Assembly: GCA_963769425.1 (NCBI GenBank)
Contig: CAVYLP010000004.1
Coordinates: 96,001 to 160,000 of the forward strand
Origin: Candidatus Bathyarchaeota archaeon
GTDB taxonomy: Archaea > Thermoproteota > Bathyarchaeia > TCS64
Length of the DNA: 64,000 nucleotides
Reading direction: 5' to 3'
Both the position numbers and the translations under genes were made by a program. Each line of letters starts with the position of its first letter. Within the stretch, counting starts at the first letter, position 1. Positions 28,145-39,312 of this stretch are shown here, one piece after another. The notes below the pieces were generated by a model that saw nothing but the letters and a program-made list of their open reading frames with translations, was not told where the DNA came from and made no database searches.

Positions 28145-29864
28145 TTGAACGCCTCAAAGGCCATGATGGAGATGCTGAAGGGATACGGCGTCGGCGAGGT
28201 GTTCGGCCTCCCCGGCGAGACGACGCTCCCATGGTACAAGGAGTGGTGAGCACCCCCGAGGTCAGGCACGTCATGATGCGGGACGAGCGGAGCGCCGCCT
28301 TCGCCGCCGACGCATACGCGCGGTTCAGCTTCAGAGCCCGGCGTCTGCGAGGGACCGAGCGTAGGCGCCACCCACATGATCCCCGGCGTCGCCGAGGCCT
28401 TCAAGGCCTCCATCCCCATGGTCGTCATCGCGAGCGACATCCCCCTCCACTACGAGAGACGCAACACCCTGACGGGCCTCGATCAGTCGGCGCTCTTCCG
28501 GGGGATAACAAAGGAGAGCATCACCGTCACTGAGGCGTCCGACCTGCCCAGCATAGTGCGCCGCGCCTTCCGCGTCGCCACGACTGGGAAGCCGGGCCCC
28601 GTACACATCAGGTTCCCAAGCGACAAGCAGGGCGAGGAGATAGGGGAGCCCCCGCTCTGGGTGCAGAGCGACTTCAAGGCTTACCCCGGCCACCGAGGCG
28701 TCGCGGAGCTCGCCAAGATAAGCGAGGCCCTTAAGGTGCTCGGCTCGGCGCTGCGCCCCGTCATCGTCTGCGGTCAGGGCGTCCTCCTCAGCCAGGCTTG
28801 GGGCGAGGTGCAGGTCCTCGCCGAGCTCTTCGGAGTACCAGTCGGCACGACGATAAACGCGAAGGGCGCCTTTCCCGAGGCGCACCCGCTCAGCATAGGC
28901 GTCACGGGTGCCCGAGGCGGCTCGACCTACGGTAACAAGGTCATCTCGGAGGCAGACGTGATATTCTACGTCGGCTCGAGCACAGACTCGACCGCCACCG
29001 ACGGCTGGAAGATACCCCCGCTCGACACGAACGGCGAAGACAATACAGCTCAACGTCGACGGCGGTGAGGTGGGGAACAACTACAACGCCGAGGTCTCCC
29101 TCATAGGCGACGCCGCCGCGACGCTCCGAGTCATGGTCGAGGTCGCGGAGAAGCAGGAGAAGAAGACCCGCAAGTTACCCAGGATCAGGGCGATCCAGAA
29201 GGAGAGGGCGGATTACGAGGCATACGCCTCGGGGCTCATGGCAAGCAACGAGGTCCCAGTCCACCCCCTCAGGTTCGTGAAGGATCTGGGCGACGCGCTG
29301 CCGAAGGACTACGCCCTCGTCACCGACGTGGGCATCGCGGCCGTCTACACGGCCGCGTACCTCAGGCAGGCGGAGGCGGGGCGCCGCATGATATTCAACT
29401 ACGCCGTCGGCGCGTTGGGGTACGCCATCCCAGCCAGCATCGGCGCTCGATTGGCGAGACCGAACAGTGCGGTCATCACACTAGTAGGCGACGGCAGCTT
29501 CGGCTTCACCGCGGGGGAGCTTGAGACAGTGGCCCGAATCGGCGGCCCCAACCACATAGTACTCCTCAACAACATGAGCTACGGCTGGATACGCGCAGAG
29601 TGGCTTCTCAGCCACGGCAAGGAGTACGTAGACTTCGCCACCAACTTCAGACCCGTCGACTACGTCAAGATCGCCGAGGGCTTCGGCATCGAGGCGACTC
29701 GCGTCGGTAAGACCGCTGACCTCGGCCCCACACTAAAGAAGAATCTTACTAAGAAGGACCCCACATTCACCGAGGTCATCGTCAAGCCGGAGGACCAGTT
29801 GGTGCCCCCGGTGCCAAGCTGGATAAAGAAGGCGGAGAAGCAGGGCTACCCACACGTCAAGTAG
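28145..29864 (+). CDS. Thiamine-pyrophosphate enzyme, acetolactate-synthase-like (about 3 frameshifts)
   Basis: VFGLPGE, RDERSAAFAADAYAR, RAFRVATTGKPGPVH, GDGSFG...NNMSYGWI. Confidence 0.85.
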
Positions 29865-29869
29865 AACAA

Positions 29870-31303
29870 CTACTCTACTTGGAACTCCACGTAGAATACC
29901 TGAGGCTCTCCATCGGGGTACTTGATGAGTGCGACGACGCGGTACTTTCCTGCTTCAGCTCCCGATAGGTCGAATCTCTGCCACCAGAATGCCCCGGTAC
30001 GGATGTCTACCCCATCGTTCTTGGCGGCGCTGTTCAGGTGATAGCTCAGCCACCCAAGGTCGACCCATCTTTCGAGGGTGTAATTCATGACCATGTTCCT
30101 TGGGCTCCCATTCGTAACAGTGAAGAAAAACGACCTACCGTGCGGAGGATCAGCGTCTACTCTGACTTCGGGGGAGATGGGAAGATCGTCATACTTGACA
30201 ACCTGTACGACGCGGGTAATAGTCGAGAATATACCCTCGTCGAAGTATGCCGACAGCTTCAGGTAGTAGATGCCTGTATCGCTCTCGGGCGGGATACCGA
30301 TGGTTGTTTCCCAGCTCATGTATGTGCTGAGAGGCAAGATCGCCCCCTGGGACACTGTCTCAAGGTTCGTCGCCTTGATCAGCTCAAGTTTAAATGAGAC
30401 TGTGTTATCCTCGCCGGAGCCGCCGAGGTGCTGAACCCTGAATGGGACTGCGTCGCCCGGTGCATATGGGCCTACGTTTATGTTCTCAGAGAACTCACCC
30501 GAGCGGAGGTTTGGCTCAGGATCCCAGATGTAGGCTATCCGGTCAGTAGTGGCTTCGATATACGGGAATGTCAGCGTCTCGACCCATTTCGAGCCCTCGA
30601 CCCCGACCTTCTTAGCGTAGCGATACTCGCCTTCGCCAAGCGGTAGCTGGAAGCCCTGCCTATAGATGCCCCAGCTCTCAACCTCCAGCGGAGGGCCGGC
30701 GTCGGCGACGCTCGCAACGGTTACCCAGCCCGAATCCGTCTTCTTCTCCAGCTCGTACCCCGAGCCGATGAGCAGTGACTGTGCTCCGAGGTTAGCGAGC
30801 TCCAGCGTCTGCAGACCATTCCTCCAGTTCTCGTAGAAGTATATCGGCCTGAAGCCGTAGATGGGCTGGGTGTCAGGGGCTTGCTCGGGTCGTACTATAG
30901 TGAACTCGATCGAGGCATTCATCGCCTCGTTCGTGTTCACGTTTCTCCATACCCTGTAGAACCCGGAGTCCAGCCCCGTAATGTCGATGGTCTTACTGTC
31001 CAGGGGAGCGACGAATACGTTTGCGAAGTGTGAACGGGGTTCGTAGGGGATAGGTTTCCAGATCCCACCGACCAGCTTATCGATCTTCAGGGCGTCCATC
31101 GACTGCTGCTCGCTGATAGGCGTGACAATCGTCATGGACTCTTCATCGGTTATCGGGGTGGGTTCGACCCTCAGGGACATTGTGGGTTCGAGCTCCCACA
31201 AAATACTGTTCGATTTGGGGGGCTTTGACTGCTGGTAGGGGACTGCTAGGACGATGACTGCGGCGAGGAATATGTAGACGAACCAGACGCGGTTGAGCTT
31301 CAA
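29870..31303 (-). CDS. N-terminally anchored extracellular protein with repeated Ig-like beta-sandwich domains
   Basis: Hydrophobic N-terminus. Repeated L(E/D)(K/R)...GW...G.YR(V/Y) pattern (SGFYRVW, EGEYRYA, TGIYYL, AGKYRVV). Confidence 0.65.
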   Translation of the reverse strand: MKLNRVWFVYIFLAAVIVLAVPYQQSKPPKSNSILWELEPTMSLRVEPTPITDEESMTIVTPISEQQSMDALKIDKLVGGIWKPIPYEPRSHFANVFVAPLDSKTIDITGLDSGFYRVWRNVNTNEAMNASIEFTIVRPEQAPDTQPIYGFRPIYFYENWRNGLQTLELANLGAQSLLIGSGYELEKKTDSGWVTVASVADAGPPLEVESWGIYRQGFQLPLGEGEYRYAKKVGVEGSKWVETLTFPYIEATTDRIAYIWDPEPNLRSGEFSENINVGPYAPGDAVPFRVQHLGGSGEDNTVSFKLELIKATNLETVSQGAILPLSTYMSWETTIGIPPESDTGIYYLKLSAYFDEGIFSTITRVVQVVKYDDLPISPEVRVDADPPHGRSFFFTVTNGSPRNMVMNYTLERWVDLGWLSYHLNSAAKNDGVDIRTGAFWWQRFDLSGAEAGKYRVVALIKYPDGEPQVFYVEFQVE

Positions 31304-31378
31304 TGGATAGCGAGTTACTGTAATTTCTATTTAAGAAGAATGGATCAAACAAGTCGTTAACAGTTCGGAATATTTAGT

Positions 31379-32508
31379 TCAGTTTTGCTTGATGGATTCC
31401 ATGAGCTTATCGATGTCCTCGCGTGTGTTGTAGAAGTGGGAGGAGACACGCATGTGGCCGCCGTGCGCCTCGCGACCCGTCACCTTGATCTTACCTTTCT
31501 TCAGCTTCTCCGCGAGCTTCACCGCCCCATCCTGTGCGAAGCTTACGACTGGGGACTCGTTACCCTCCGGGGTCCAGATCTCCTTTCCAATCTCATCAAG
31601 TTTCTCGAAGAGGTACCCCGTGTTGTCGAGCACCCTCTTCTCTACATAGTCCATGCCGAGTCGATTCAGGTACTTGAGCGACTCCTCGAGGGCGTAGACG
31701 CCCTGGAAGTTGATAGTGCCGTACTCGAACTTCTCCGCCGTGTCCCTGGGCGTCAGTGCCTCCGCGTGCGCCCCCTCCCAGATCTGGTTCTTCCACCCGG
31801 TCCTGTCCGGCGTCAGCTCCTCGATGGACTCCTTGTCGACGTATAGGAAGGCGAGGCCCGCCGGGCCCATCAGGTACTTGTAGGGGGCGACTGAGACGTA
31901 GTCGGCGCCGTCCCGCTTGTAGTCGACCTTCAGCGCACCGACGGCCTGGGTGGCGTCTACGAGGAGCTTCGCCCCGTGGACGTGGGCGACGTCCGCAACC
32001 TCGGCGAGGTCCACCCTGAAGCCGTTGACGTAGCTGACCTGGCTCACCTGAACGAGTCTCGTCCTGTCGTCGACGAGCTTCTCGAGGTCGGATGACGTCG
32101 AATCTGCCGTCCCTCGGCTTCCAGACGCGGGACTCGACGCCGTCGCGGCTCGTCGTGTAGGTATCGAGGGGGTTGTGCTCCCACTCTGGGAAGACGACGT
32201 TGTCCCCCTCCTCCCAGTCGGTGCCGTTTATGACTATGTTCAGGCCGCTGCCCGTGCACATCGTGTAGGCTATCTCCCGGGGGGAGGCGCCGATGAATGA
32301 GGCTATCATCCCCCTGACGGTCGTCGCCTTCTCCAGCCATCCGTCGAGGATGGTCCGGTTGCCCAACGTCGAACCCGTACCACTCGTCCGCCCAGCGGTC
32401 GTATCCCTCACTGACCTGCTTCGGCATGAGCCCGACGAAGGCGTTGTCTAGGTAGACCCACTCATTTAGGACGGGGAAGTCCGCTCTTATCTTCGCTATG
32501 CTGACCAT
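31379..32508 (-). CDS. Class V aminotransferase / cysteine-desulfurase-like PLP enzyme (frameshifted)
   Basis: YLDNAFVG, VDATQAVG, APYKYLMGP, FEYGT, RVSSHFYNT. Confidence 0.85.
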
Positions 32509-32586
32509 TACCCACTACGGATGACTCGGGGTATTTTACATGTGGCGCCGATAACCCTAAACGATCAAACGGGGGAATCAGTGAAC

Positions 32587-33072
32587 ATGTCGAAGCGGTT
32601 CCCGGTAACGCCAGCCACCACCTACCTGGACAAGCTCGGGATAGTCTACGAGAAGCACAGCTACGACTACCAGAGGAAGGGAAGCGACGTCGCAGCTGAG
32701 GGCCTCGGCGTCGGACTACACGACGTAGTTAAGACGCTCATAATGCAGAGGGACGACGGCGAACCCATCGTGGTCCTCCAGCACGGGGACATGGAGGTAG
32801 GGCTCAAGGACCTCGCCCGCCAGATCGGGGCGAAGAGTGTTCAACCCTGCGATGTGAAGGACGCCCAGCGCCACACGGGGTACCTCGTCGGCGGAATAAG
32901 CCCCTTCGGCACGAAGCGCCAGATGCCCGTCTACGCCGAGGAGACCATTCTCCAAATGCCAAAGTTTTACATAAATGGGGGACAGCGCGGCTTCATCCTC
33001 GAGATCACCCCCGCGGAGATACAGAAGTCGCTCAAGATCACGCCTGTGAAGGTTGCTCGGGCGCAGGGTTAA
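32587..33072 (+). CDS. ybaK: Cys-tRNA(Pro) deacylase YbaK
   Basis: TPA, VVKTL, TGYLVGGISPFG, INGGQRG. Confidence 0.88.
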   Translation: MSKRFPVTPATTYLDKLGIVYEKHSYDYQRKGSDVAAEGLGVGLHDVVKTLIMQRDDGEPIVVLQHGDMEVGLKDLARQIGAKSVQPCDVKDAQRHTGYLVGGISPFGTKRQMPVYAEETILQMPKFYINGGQRGFILEITPAEIQKSLKITPVKVARAQG

Positions 33073-33192
33073 GACCGAGTCTCGAACGCGTGCCCTCATC
33101 CCAGAGTCAGTTAACAGGTCAATCGACCAGTTTTCCCATCTCAAACAGGACGACCTTCACCCAGTCCAACCGAAGATGTAATATCCGTCTAA

Positions 33193-34650
33193 GTGGACCT
33201 TAACCGGAATCCCATGGCGGACATCTACATTCGGAACGGTTACCTGCTCACGATGAGGGGTGATGGCCTCGGCACGATCGAGGATGGCGCCCTCGCCGTC
33301 GAGGGGCAGGAGATCGTGGCGGTCGGTAAGACCGACGACCTCGACAGGAAGTACCGCAACTCTGAGAGGGTCATAGAGGCTAAGGGGAAGGCGGTCCTCC
33401 CCGGCTTCGTCGATGCCCACATCCACACAGGGCACACCATCATACGCGGCGAGGCGCAGGACGTCCCCGAGATAGAGTGGATGCTCAAGACAATGGCCCC
33501 CTTCAGCAAGTACATCAAGCCCGAGCACAGTATAGCAGGCGGTGCCCTCGGCGTCATCGAGGGCGTTAAGAGCGGCGTCACCACCTTCGGCGAGATAGGC
33601 GTCAACGAGGGCCACGTCGCGGAGAAGGTCTTCGTCCCCGCCGGCGTAAGGGCAAACATCGCTGACACAATAAACGAGATTGGGCCCAACAGCCGCCCCG
33701 ATGCGAACAAGCTCTATATCTTCGACGAGTCCCTCGGCGAGCAAAAACTCAAGGCGGGCATCGAACTCGTGGAGAAGTGGGACGGCGCAGGGGACGGCAG
33801 GATAAGCTGCATCTTCTCCCCCCAAGGGGCGGACATGATGAGTAAGTCGCTCCTCCTTCGCGTCAAGGAGGAGGCGGTGAAAAGGGGAAAGCTCTGCCAC
33901 ATACACGTCGCCCAGGGGGCGCGCGAGGCCATACAGGTCAAGCTCAGATATGGCACAACCTCAATCAAGTACCTCGACTCCATCGGCTACCTCGACGACA
34001 ACATCATAGCGGCCCACTGCCACCAGACGACGGACGACGAGGTCGCCATACTCGCCAAGAGGGGGGTACGCTACATCAGCTGCCCCGCCAGCATAGCCCT
34101 CATCGACGGCATAGTCCCTCCACTCGCACTCTTCCGGCAGCAGGGCGGGAGATATGCGGGCCTTGGCAGCGACCAGGCCCCCGGGAGCACGGGGCATAAC
34201 ATGCTCGTTGGGATGAAGACGGCAGCTCTCCTCAACAAGGTACGCCACAGGGACCCGACGGTTCTCCCCGCTTGGGAGATGCTCCGAATAGCCACGATAG
34301 GCGGAGCCAACGCCATAGGACTGGGCGACAAGATAGGGAGCCTCGAAGTAGGGAAGAAGGCCGACATTATCCTAATGAATTTGAGGGTCCCCCACATGGT
34401 CCCCATAATCTCCAAGCCGGTCCCAAACATAGCCCCCAACATAGTATACTACAGTAGGGGTGACGAGGTCGAGGACGTGATAGTAAACGGCGGCTTCGTC
34501 GTCGAGGGTGGCAGATGCGTGACCCTCAATGAGGAGGAGGTGATGGAGCGCGCCCAGAGGGCGGCGGACGAGATAACAGGGAACGCTGCTGACGACTTCA
34601 TGGCGGCCGACGGCTACCTTGCCAAGGCTGTTAGAAAGGGGTTACTCTAG
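33193..34650 (+). CDS. Metal-dependent amidohydrolase (MTA/SAH deaminase / Atz-like)
   Basis: PGFVDAHIH, HIHVAQ, AAHC, GLGSD, IGSLEVGKKADI. Confidence 0.88.
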   Translation: MDLNRNPMADIYIRNGYLLTMRGDGLGTIEDGALAVEGQEIVAVGKTDDLDRKYRNSERVIEAKGKAVLPGFVDAHIHTGHTIIRGEAQDVPEIEWMLKTMAPFSKYIKPEHSIAGGALGVIEGVKSGVTTFGEIGVNEGHVAEKVFVPAGVRANIADTINEIGPNSRPDANKLYIFDESLGEQKLKAGIELVEKWDGAGDGRISCIFSPQGADMMSKSLLLRVKEEAVKRGKLCHIHVAQGAREAIQVKLRYGTTSIKYLDSIGYLDDNIIAAHCHQTTDDEVAILAKRGVRYISCPASIALIDGIVPPLALFRQQGGRYAGLGSDQAPGSTGHNMLVGMKTAALLNKVRHRDPTVLPAWEMLRIATIGGANAIGLGDKIGSLEVGKKADIILMNLRVPHMVPIISKPVPNIAPNIVYYSRGDEVEDVIVNGGFVVEGGRCVTLNEEEVMERAQRAADEITGNAADDFMAADGYLAKAVRKGLL

Positions 34651-34809
34651 TAGCCTATCGTCTCTTTTGATTATTTCATATAAATAAAGACGATGAGTTA
34701 TTTCTGAATAAAAAAACCTATCCCCAGATGTTACACTGAGAAAAATGTTATAAATCATAGATGCAGTACGATACCGAAGAACCGGCTCTTTGGGAGAGAT
34801 GCTACAGCG

Positions 34810-35187
34810 TTGGTTCTGAACTTCAAGGGGTACGACCCCACAGAGGTAGGACTTAGAAAGTTCCTATCGATCCAGGAAACAGAGGTGCTAATGTGCCTCT
34901 GGGGTAAGGAGAAAAACGGGGCAGCGCCCGAGGAGATTAGAGTGCAGCTGGCCGCAGGGGGTTCCCCTCATAGCCCTGCGACTATTAAGAAGGCGCTCGA
35001 CGGCCTAGGGCGATGGGGTCTGGTGGAATCCAGGATGGTCGCCAGGAGCACGCCGAGGCTCTGCTACTTCGCCGCTGTGGATGAAGAGAAGGCGACGGCC
35101 CACCTCGTCGGGAGGTTCCTGTCCTCGGTGAAGGCCGCTCTACCCGAGGAGTTGGCGAGGGCGGCTAGGGAGCAGGGGCTCATGTAG
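34810..35187 (+). CDS. BlaI/MecI/CopY-like winged-helix regulator
   Basis: LS..E.EVL..LW...TI...L..L...GLV pattern. Confidence 0.6.
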   Translation: MVLNFKGYDPTEVGLRKFLSIQETEVLMCLWGKEKNGAAPEEIRVQLAAGGSPHSPATIKKALDGLGRWGLVESRMVARSTPRLCYFAAVDEEKATAHLVGRFLSSVKAALPEELARAAREQGLM

Positions 35188-35602
35188 GCTTCGGTAGGTG
35201 CCTGGACAGTACCGCTTCGAGCCCGAGCCTACCGACGGCTCCCAGCTCCTGGTCGACCTGTTTTCCGCCATTGAAGAGTATGAAGTTGGGGATGCTCATG
35301 ACCCTGAAGCGAGCTTGAGTCGCCCTGTTCTGATCGGTGTTTATCTTCGCGAAGTAGGCTTCGCCGGCGTGATCTCTCGCCATTGCCTCCACCACCGGTG
35401 CCATGGACTTACACGGCATGCACCAGTCCGCCCAGAAGTCGACTAGGAGGGGACGCGTGGCACCTGCCACGGCTTGATCGAAGTTCGCGTCCGTGAGGAC
35501 GTTCACGATACCGTCCCGGAGGATGCTTTGCTTCGGTGGCGGGCTCATCATCCTCTCGAGCATCCGCCGCTTTATCTCCTCAAGCTCCCGGTCCTCGGAC
35601 AT
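35180..35602 (-). CDS. trxA: Thioredoxin
   Basis: DFWADWCMPCK, SIPN; archaeal N-terminal D.ELEEIKRR helix. Confidence 0.9.
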   Translation of the reverse strand: MSEDRELEEIKRRMLERMMSPPPKQSILRDGIVNVLTDANFDQAVAGATRPLLVDFWADWCMPCKSMAPVVEAMARDHAGEAYFAKINTDQNRATQARFRVMSIPNFILFNGGKQVDQELGAVGRLGLEAVLSRHLPKPT

Positions 35603-35636
35603 ACAGGGAGAGATGAGTAGAAGCTGGTAAAGAGAG

Positions 35637-36104
35637 TTACTTCTTTAGGAAGTTGGGGTTCGTGGAGTCGTACTTGTCGGCCTTAGCCTGGTCACCAGTT
35701 ATCTCCGTGAGCCACTTATCGGCTCCGTCCCTCTTCCAGTCCCCCGCCTTCGTGTGTGCCTTGATGTAGTTCGCGGGCATCGGGTGCGTCCCAACGATCA
35801 CGGGGAGGCCGACGACATTCTCTATGTACTTCTTGTGGTCCTCGATGTGGGGGCAAATGGGGTATCCGGCCAGGTAGCAGCTTGCGAGGAGGATGACCTC
35901 CGCGCCATACTTCTTCATGTCCGCGGGCGCCGCCTCGAGGCGCTCCCCGGGGCAGCCGCCACACGCCATCCAGCCAACGACTTCTATCGGCTCATCCTTC
36001 GGGTACTTGGCGAAGACGCCGTCCCTCTCGATCACCGACTTGAAGCACTTGTTACCGGTGCAGGTCCTGTTCCGGTCACAGATCATTATGCCTACCTTTA
36101 CCAT
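35637..36104 (-). CDS. CGGC domain protein
   Basis: IMIC...CTG.KCF, ACGGCPG, C...CP, VGTH. Confidence 0.88.
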   Translation of the reverse strand: MVKVGIMICDRNRTCTGNKCFKSVIERDGVFAKYPKDEPIEVVGWMACGGCPGERLEAAPADMKKYGAEVILLASCYLAGYPICPHIEDHKKYIENVVGLPVIVGTHPMPANYIKAHTKAGDWKRDGADKWLTEITGDQAKADKYDSTNPNFLKK

Positions 36105-36149
36105 GCCTCATACACTCGGCGAGGTTGGAGATAATGCTTCCCCGGGAAA

Positions 36150-36473
36150 TCAGCCCTCTAAGCCCCGCCTGACGCGTGTGAGCAACTCCACCGAGGGCGA
36201 CGCGTAGGGGCTGATCCACCTCTCGTAGACCTCCCTAATCGGCACGACGTTGAGGTAGTTCCAGCGTAGCCTGCCCTCCCTTTTTACTATGACGAGCTCC
36301 GCCTTCTCGAGGACCCGGAGGTGTTGCATAACGGTGCAGCGGTCGAGGCCGGAGAAGTGTGCGCAGATGTCCCCGGTGGTCATGGGCTTGTCCCTTAGGA
36401 GATCGAGTATCTCACGCCTCCTGCCGTCTGCAAGCGCCTTGAAGACGCGCTCCTGCTTATCAGCTTCGGACAT
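36150..36473 (-). CDS. ArsR/SmtB family regulator
   Basis: FKALADGRRREILDLL, VMQHLRVLE.A.LV. Confidence 0.9.
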   Translation of the reverse strand: MSEADKQERVFKALADGRRREILDLLRDKPMTTGDICAHFSGLDRCTVMQHLRVLEKAELVIVKREGRLRWNYLNVVPIREVYERWISPYASPSVELLTRVRRGLEG

Positions 36474-36479
36474 CCACAG

Positions 36480-36505
36480 TATATGTTATAATAGTATAAC
36501 ATATA
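36480..36505. promoter_or_regulatory. Perfect 11-4-11 inverted repeat, probable ArsR operator
   Basis: TATATGTTATA-ATAG-TATAACATATA in the divergent gap between the ArsR and SRPBCC genes. Confidence 0.7.
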
Positions 36506-36530
36506 TATTGCTGTCGCCAACCATCAAGAG

Positions 36531-37019
36531 ATGAAGCTCAAGTTCCAGGTCCAGGCAAAGATACAGAAACCCTTAGCCGAGGTCTTTAACGCCGTCTATA
36601 ACCCCAAGAAACTCAGCGCATACTTCACCTCCGGTGGCTCGAACGGCCCACTCGACGAGGGGTGCACCGTCCTCTGGACATTCGCCGACATGGCGGGGCA
36701 GAGCGAGACCGTCCCCGTCAGGGTCCAGAAGACGATCCAGAACAAGCTCATCAGGTTCAAGTGGGCTGCGAGCGAGGGCATCTATGCCCCGGAGGAGGGC
36801 AAGACCCCCCACCCCGGCGGATATGACACGACAGTCGACATCACCTTCGAAGCCCTCGGAGAGAACGAGACGCTCGTCAAGATCATCGAGGGAGAGTGGC
36901 GCCCAACCGAAGACGGTCTACAGGGTTCCTACCAGAACTGCCAGGGCTGGACGAACATGAGCTGCTGCCTCAAAGCATATCTCGAATACGACGTCAACCT
37001 AAGAAAGGGATTCTTCTGA
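36531..37019 (+). CDS. SRPBCC/AHSA1 domain protein
   Basis: I.KP..EVF.A...P..L..YF, GW..M...LKAYLE. Confidence 0.88.
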   Translation: MKLKFQVQAKIQKPLAEVFNAVYNPKKLSAYFTSGGSNGPLDEGCTVLWTFADMAGQSETVPVRVQKTIQNKLIRFKWAASEGIYAPEEGKTPHPGGYDTTVDITFEALGENETLVKIIEGEWRPTEDGLQGSYQNCQGWTNMSCCLKAYLEYDVNLRKGFF

Positions 37020-37681
37020 TGGCTAAAACAAGGAACCACTACTACTCCGAGGAAGAACTTAGGAACATAGCCTCCGAGCTCACCTCCGCCGAGGCTGTGC
37101 CCGTCAACGTGGAGATCGAGGCGGAGCACAGGGTCCTCGACCTAAGCGAAGTTGACAAGATACTCAGGGACTCGGAGAACATCTTCCTGCAGGACTGTGG
37201 GTGCCGCAAGCTCCACCACAACTGCGACTCCCCCCTCGACACTTGCCTCGCCGTGAATGTGGGACCCGACTACGCGGAGAAGTGGCCGGACAACCACTCT
37301 CGCAGGGTCAACGTGGAGGAGGCCCTCGACGCGCTAAAAAGGAGTCACGAGGCGGGGCTCGTACACATGGCCTACGTCTTCAAGGGTGAGGAGAAGCCCC
37401 AACTAATCTGCAGCTGCTGCACATGCTGTTGCCACACCCTTGGCGGCATAGTCGACCATGGGATAACAACACAAGTCCTCACCTCGAAGTTCATAGCAGT
37501 GGACGATGAGTCGAAGTGCATCGACTGTGGGAAGTGCGCTGAGAGGTGTGCCCTCGGCGCTCGGCGCATGGTCGATGGTAAGAAGAGGTACGATAAGACG
37601 AGGTGTTTCGGTTGTGGGTTATGCGTCTCCACTTGTCCCAAAGGGGCCATAGGGCTCGTTGAGAGGAAGAGGCTAGACTAG
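37019..37681 (+). CDS. 4Fe-4S binding protein
   Basis: CGCRK, ICSCCTCCC, CIDCGKCAERC, CFGCGLCVSTCP. The ATG overlaps the upstream TGA. Confidence 0.88.
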   Translation: MAKTRNHYYSEEELRNIASELTSAEAVPVNVEIEAEHRVLDLSEVDKILRDSENIFLQDCGCRKLHHNCDSPLDTCLAVNVGPDYAEKWPDNHSRRVNVEEALDALKRSHEAGLVHMAYVFKGEEKPQLICSCCTCCCHTLGGIVDHGITTQVLTSKFIAVDDESKCIDCGKCAERCALGARRMVDGKKRYDKTRCFGCGLCVSTCPKGAIGLVERKRLD

Positions 37682-38666
37682 CCGACCGCAGTGGTAAGTC
37701 CAGTCCCCAGGGTAGACCGTGGGCTGATACCTCGTGTCGAAGATCACCGACCTATATGGCACCCTGCATTCCTCAAGGACACGTCCCGCCGTATCCTTAA
37801 GGACGCCAAGAAGCGCCCCCTTCTCGACTACGGCGCCGAGTTCTATCCTGTTGTACATTACGCCGCCGTGCTCTGTCTTCGGCCAGCTGCTCCCGTCGCT
37901 GACTAGCTGCTCCGAGTCTGAGCCTACGGGCTCCTCGTTGATCATGCCTATGCCTATGAGGACATTCATCACACCCTGCACACCGGTCTCGACGAGATCG
38001 TCCCAGAGTCTGCCACCTCCGCCCAGCTCAGGGCTCAGTGTAGGTATCCCGACAAGCCCAGCCTGTATGCTCAGGCTCCCCATCATGCTTGGGCGGGTGT
38101 TTACGCCGCCGAGGACTGGCACACCCTGTCCGAAGAGCCTGTATAGCTTCTTGTTCTGATCCCCTACAAGCTTCTCCGTCTCCGGGGTCCCGCGGGCGTG
38201 TATGTACCTCGCCATGAATGCTCGGCCCCCCTCGTGGAGGTCGACGACGAGGTTGGAGCCCTTTGATCGCCTCGTCCCAGATGGTCGCCGCGATTCTCTC
38301 CATGAGCAGGCCCCTGTGATCACCGGGCCAGACCCTGTTCATGTTTAGGTTCTCGTATCCCATTGGTGGCGGCGAGGCACGCTCCGCAGAATTGAATGCT
38401 AGGGGATTGGAGACTGGAATGGAGGTTAGTGATCCCCTGAGCTCCTTCGGGTCCACCCCATCGAAGACCCTGTTACTGATCTCCATACCACCGTACTCGT
38501 CGCCGTGCTGGACTCCCAGCATTGTGGCCCTCGGTCCATCCCTCGCCCCGACGGCGACCCGGACCGTTAGCGATATCGGGGTACCATCCGCAAACTCGCC
38601 AACCTTCGCCTGAAACGTCTCGGTGGAGCCCCGAGTAACCCTGCGCCCAAAAACCGTTAGGGACAT
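37673..38666 (-). CDS. Succinylglutamate desuccinylase/aspartoacylase (M14) family; frameshift near 38260
   Basis: GVQHGDE, NP.AF, NMNRVWPG, then VVDLHEG and PELGGG in the next frame. Confidence 0.85.
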
Positions 38667-38741
38667 ACAGATGATAGTTTCATACCCGAGGTGATAAAAC
38701 CTCGACGCCCTTAATTAGTTGATTCAGGGTGCTCTAAAGAT

Positions 38742-39288
38742 ATGGCGTCCTGGAAGAAGGTTGCGGAACTCGTCATGTTGCACAAGGAGGCGAGACCCGA
38801 GATGAGGGCGAGGGACGCCTACAAGTTCCTCTACCAGGGCGTCTTCGGTGTAGGGCATATAATGGGACCGGGTGCGTGGGACTACCTACAGAAGGAGACG
38901 ACAGGTATCGATCTCAACGACCAGCTAGGCGACCCACTGATGGAGAGCGTCTCCCTCGACGGCTCAGTCGTACGTGTCAACCTCCGACCCTATATGCGGG
39001 AGGGTTATCTCCTCAATTACCTGATGGAGGCGATGAGGAACTCGGAGGTAACAGGGTGACTCCGTCCAATTTGTGGAGATATGGGATGCTTTCGCTGAGC
39101 TCGTCTGGTCGGGGCAGCTAGACTTTGAACACAGTGAGGTAGACGCTATCAACACGAGTCTCGATAGGAACAACCCACAGCCTCAGCACCACACCCCCCA
39201 ATATCGGGAGGCCTACCACCCCGCCTACCGCGTCGTCAGGAGGCGGGAGATACTGAAGATACTCGGCCTCGAGACTTACCAGTTATAA
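38742..39288 (+). CDS. Hypothetical protein (frameshift near 39060)
   Basis: DAYKFLYQGVFGVGH, VRVNLRP and HHT..YREAYHPAYRVV appear to form one protein. Confidence 0.7.
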
Positions 39289-39312
39289 CCTAGTTGGAAT
39301 TAATTATTCCCC

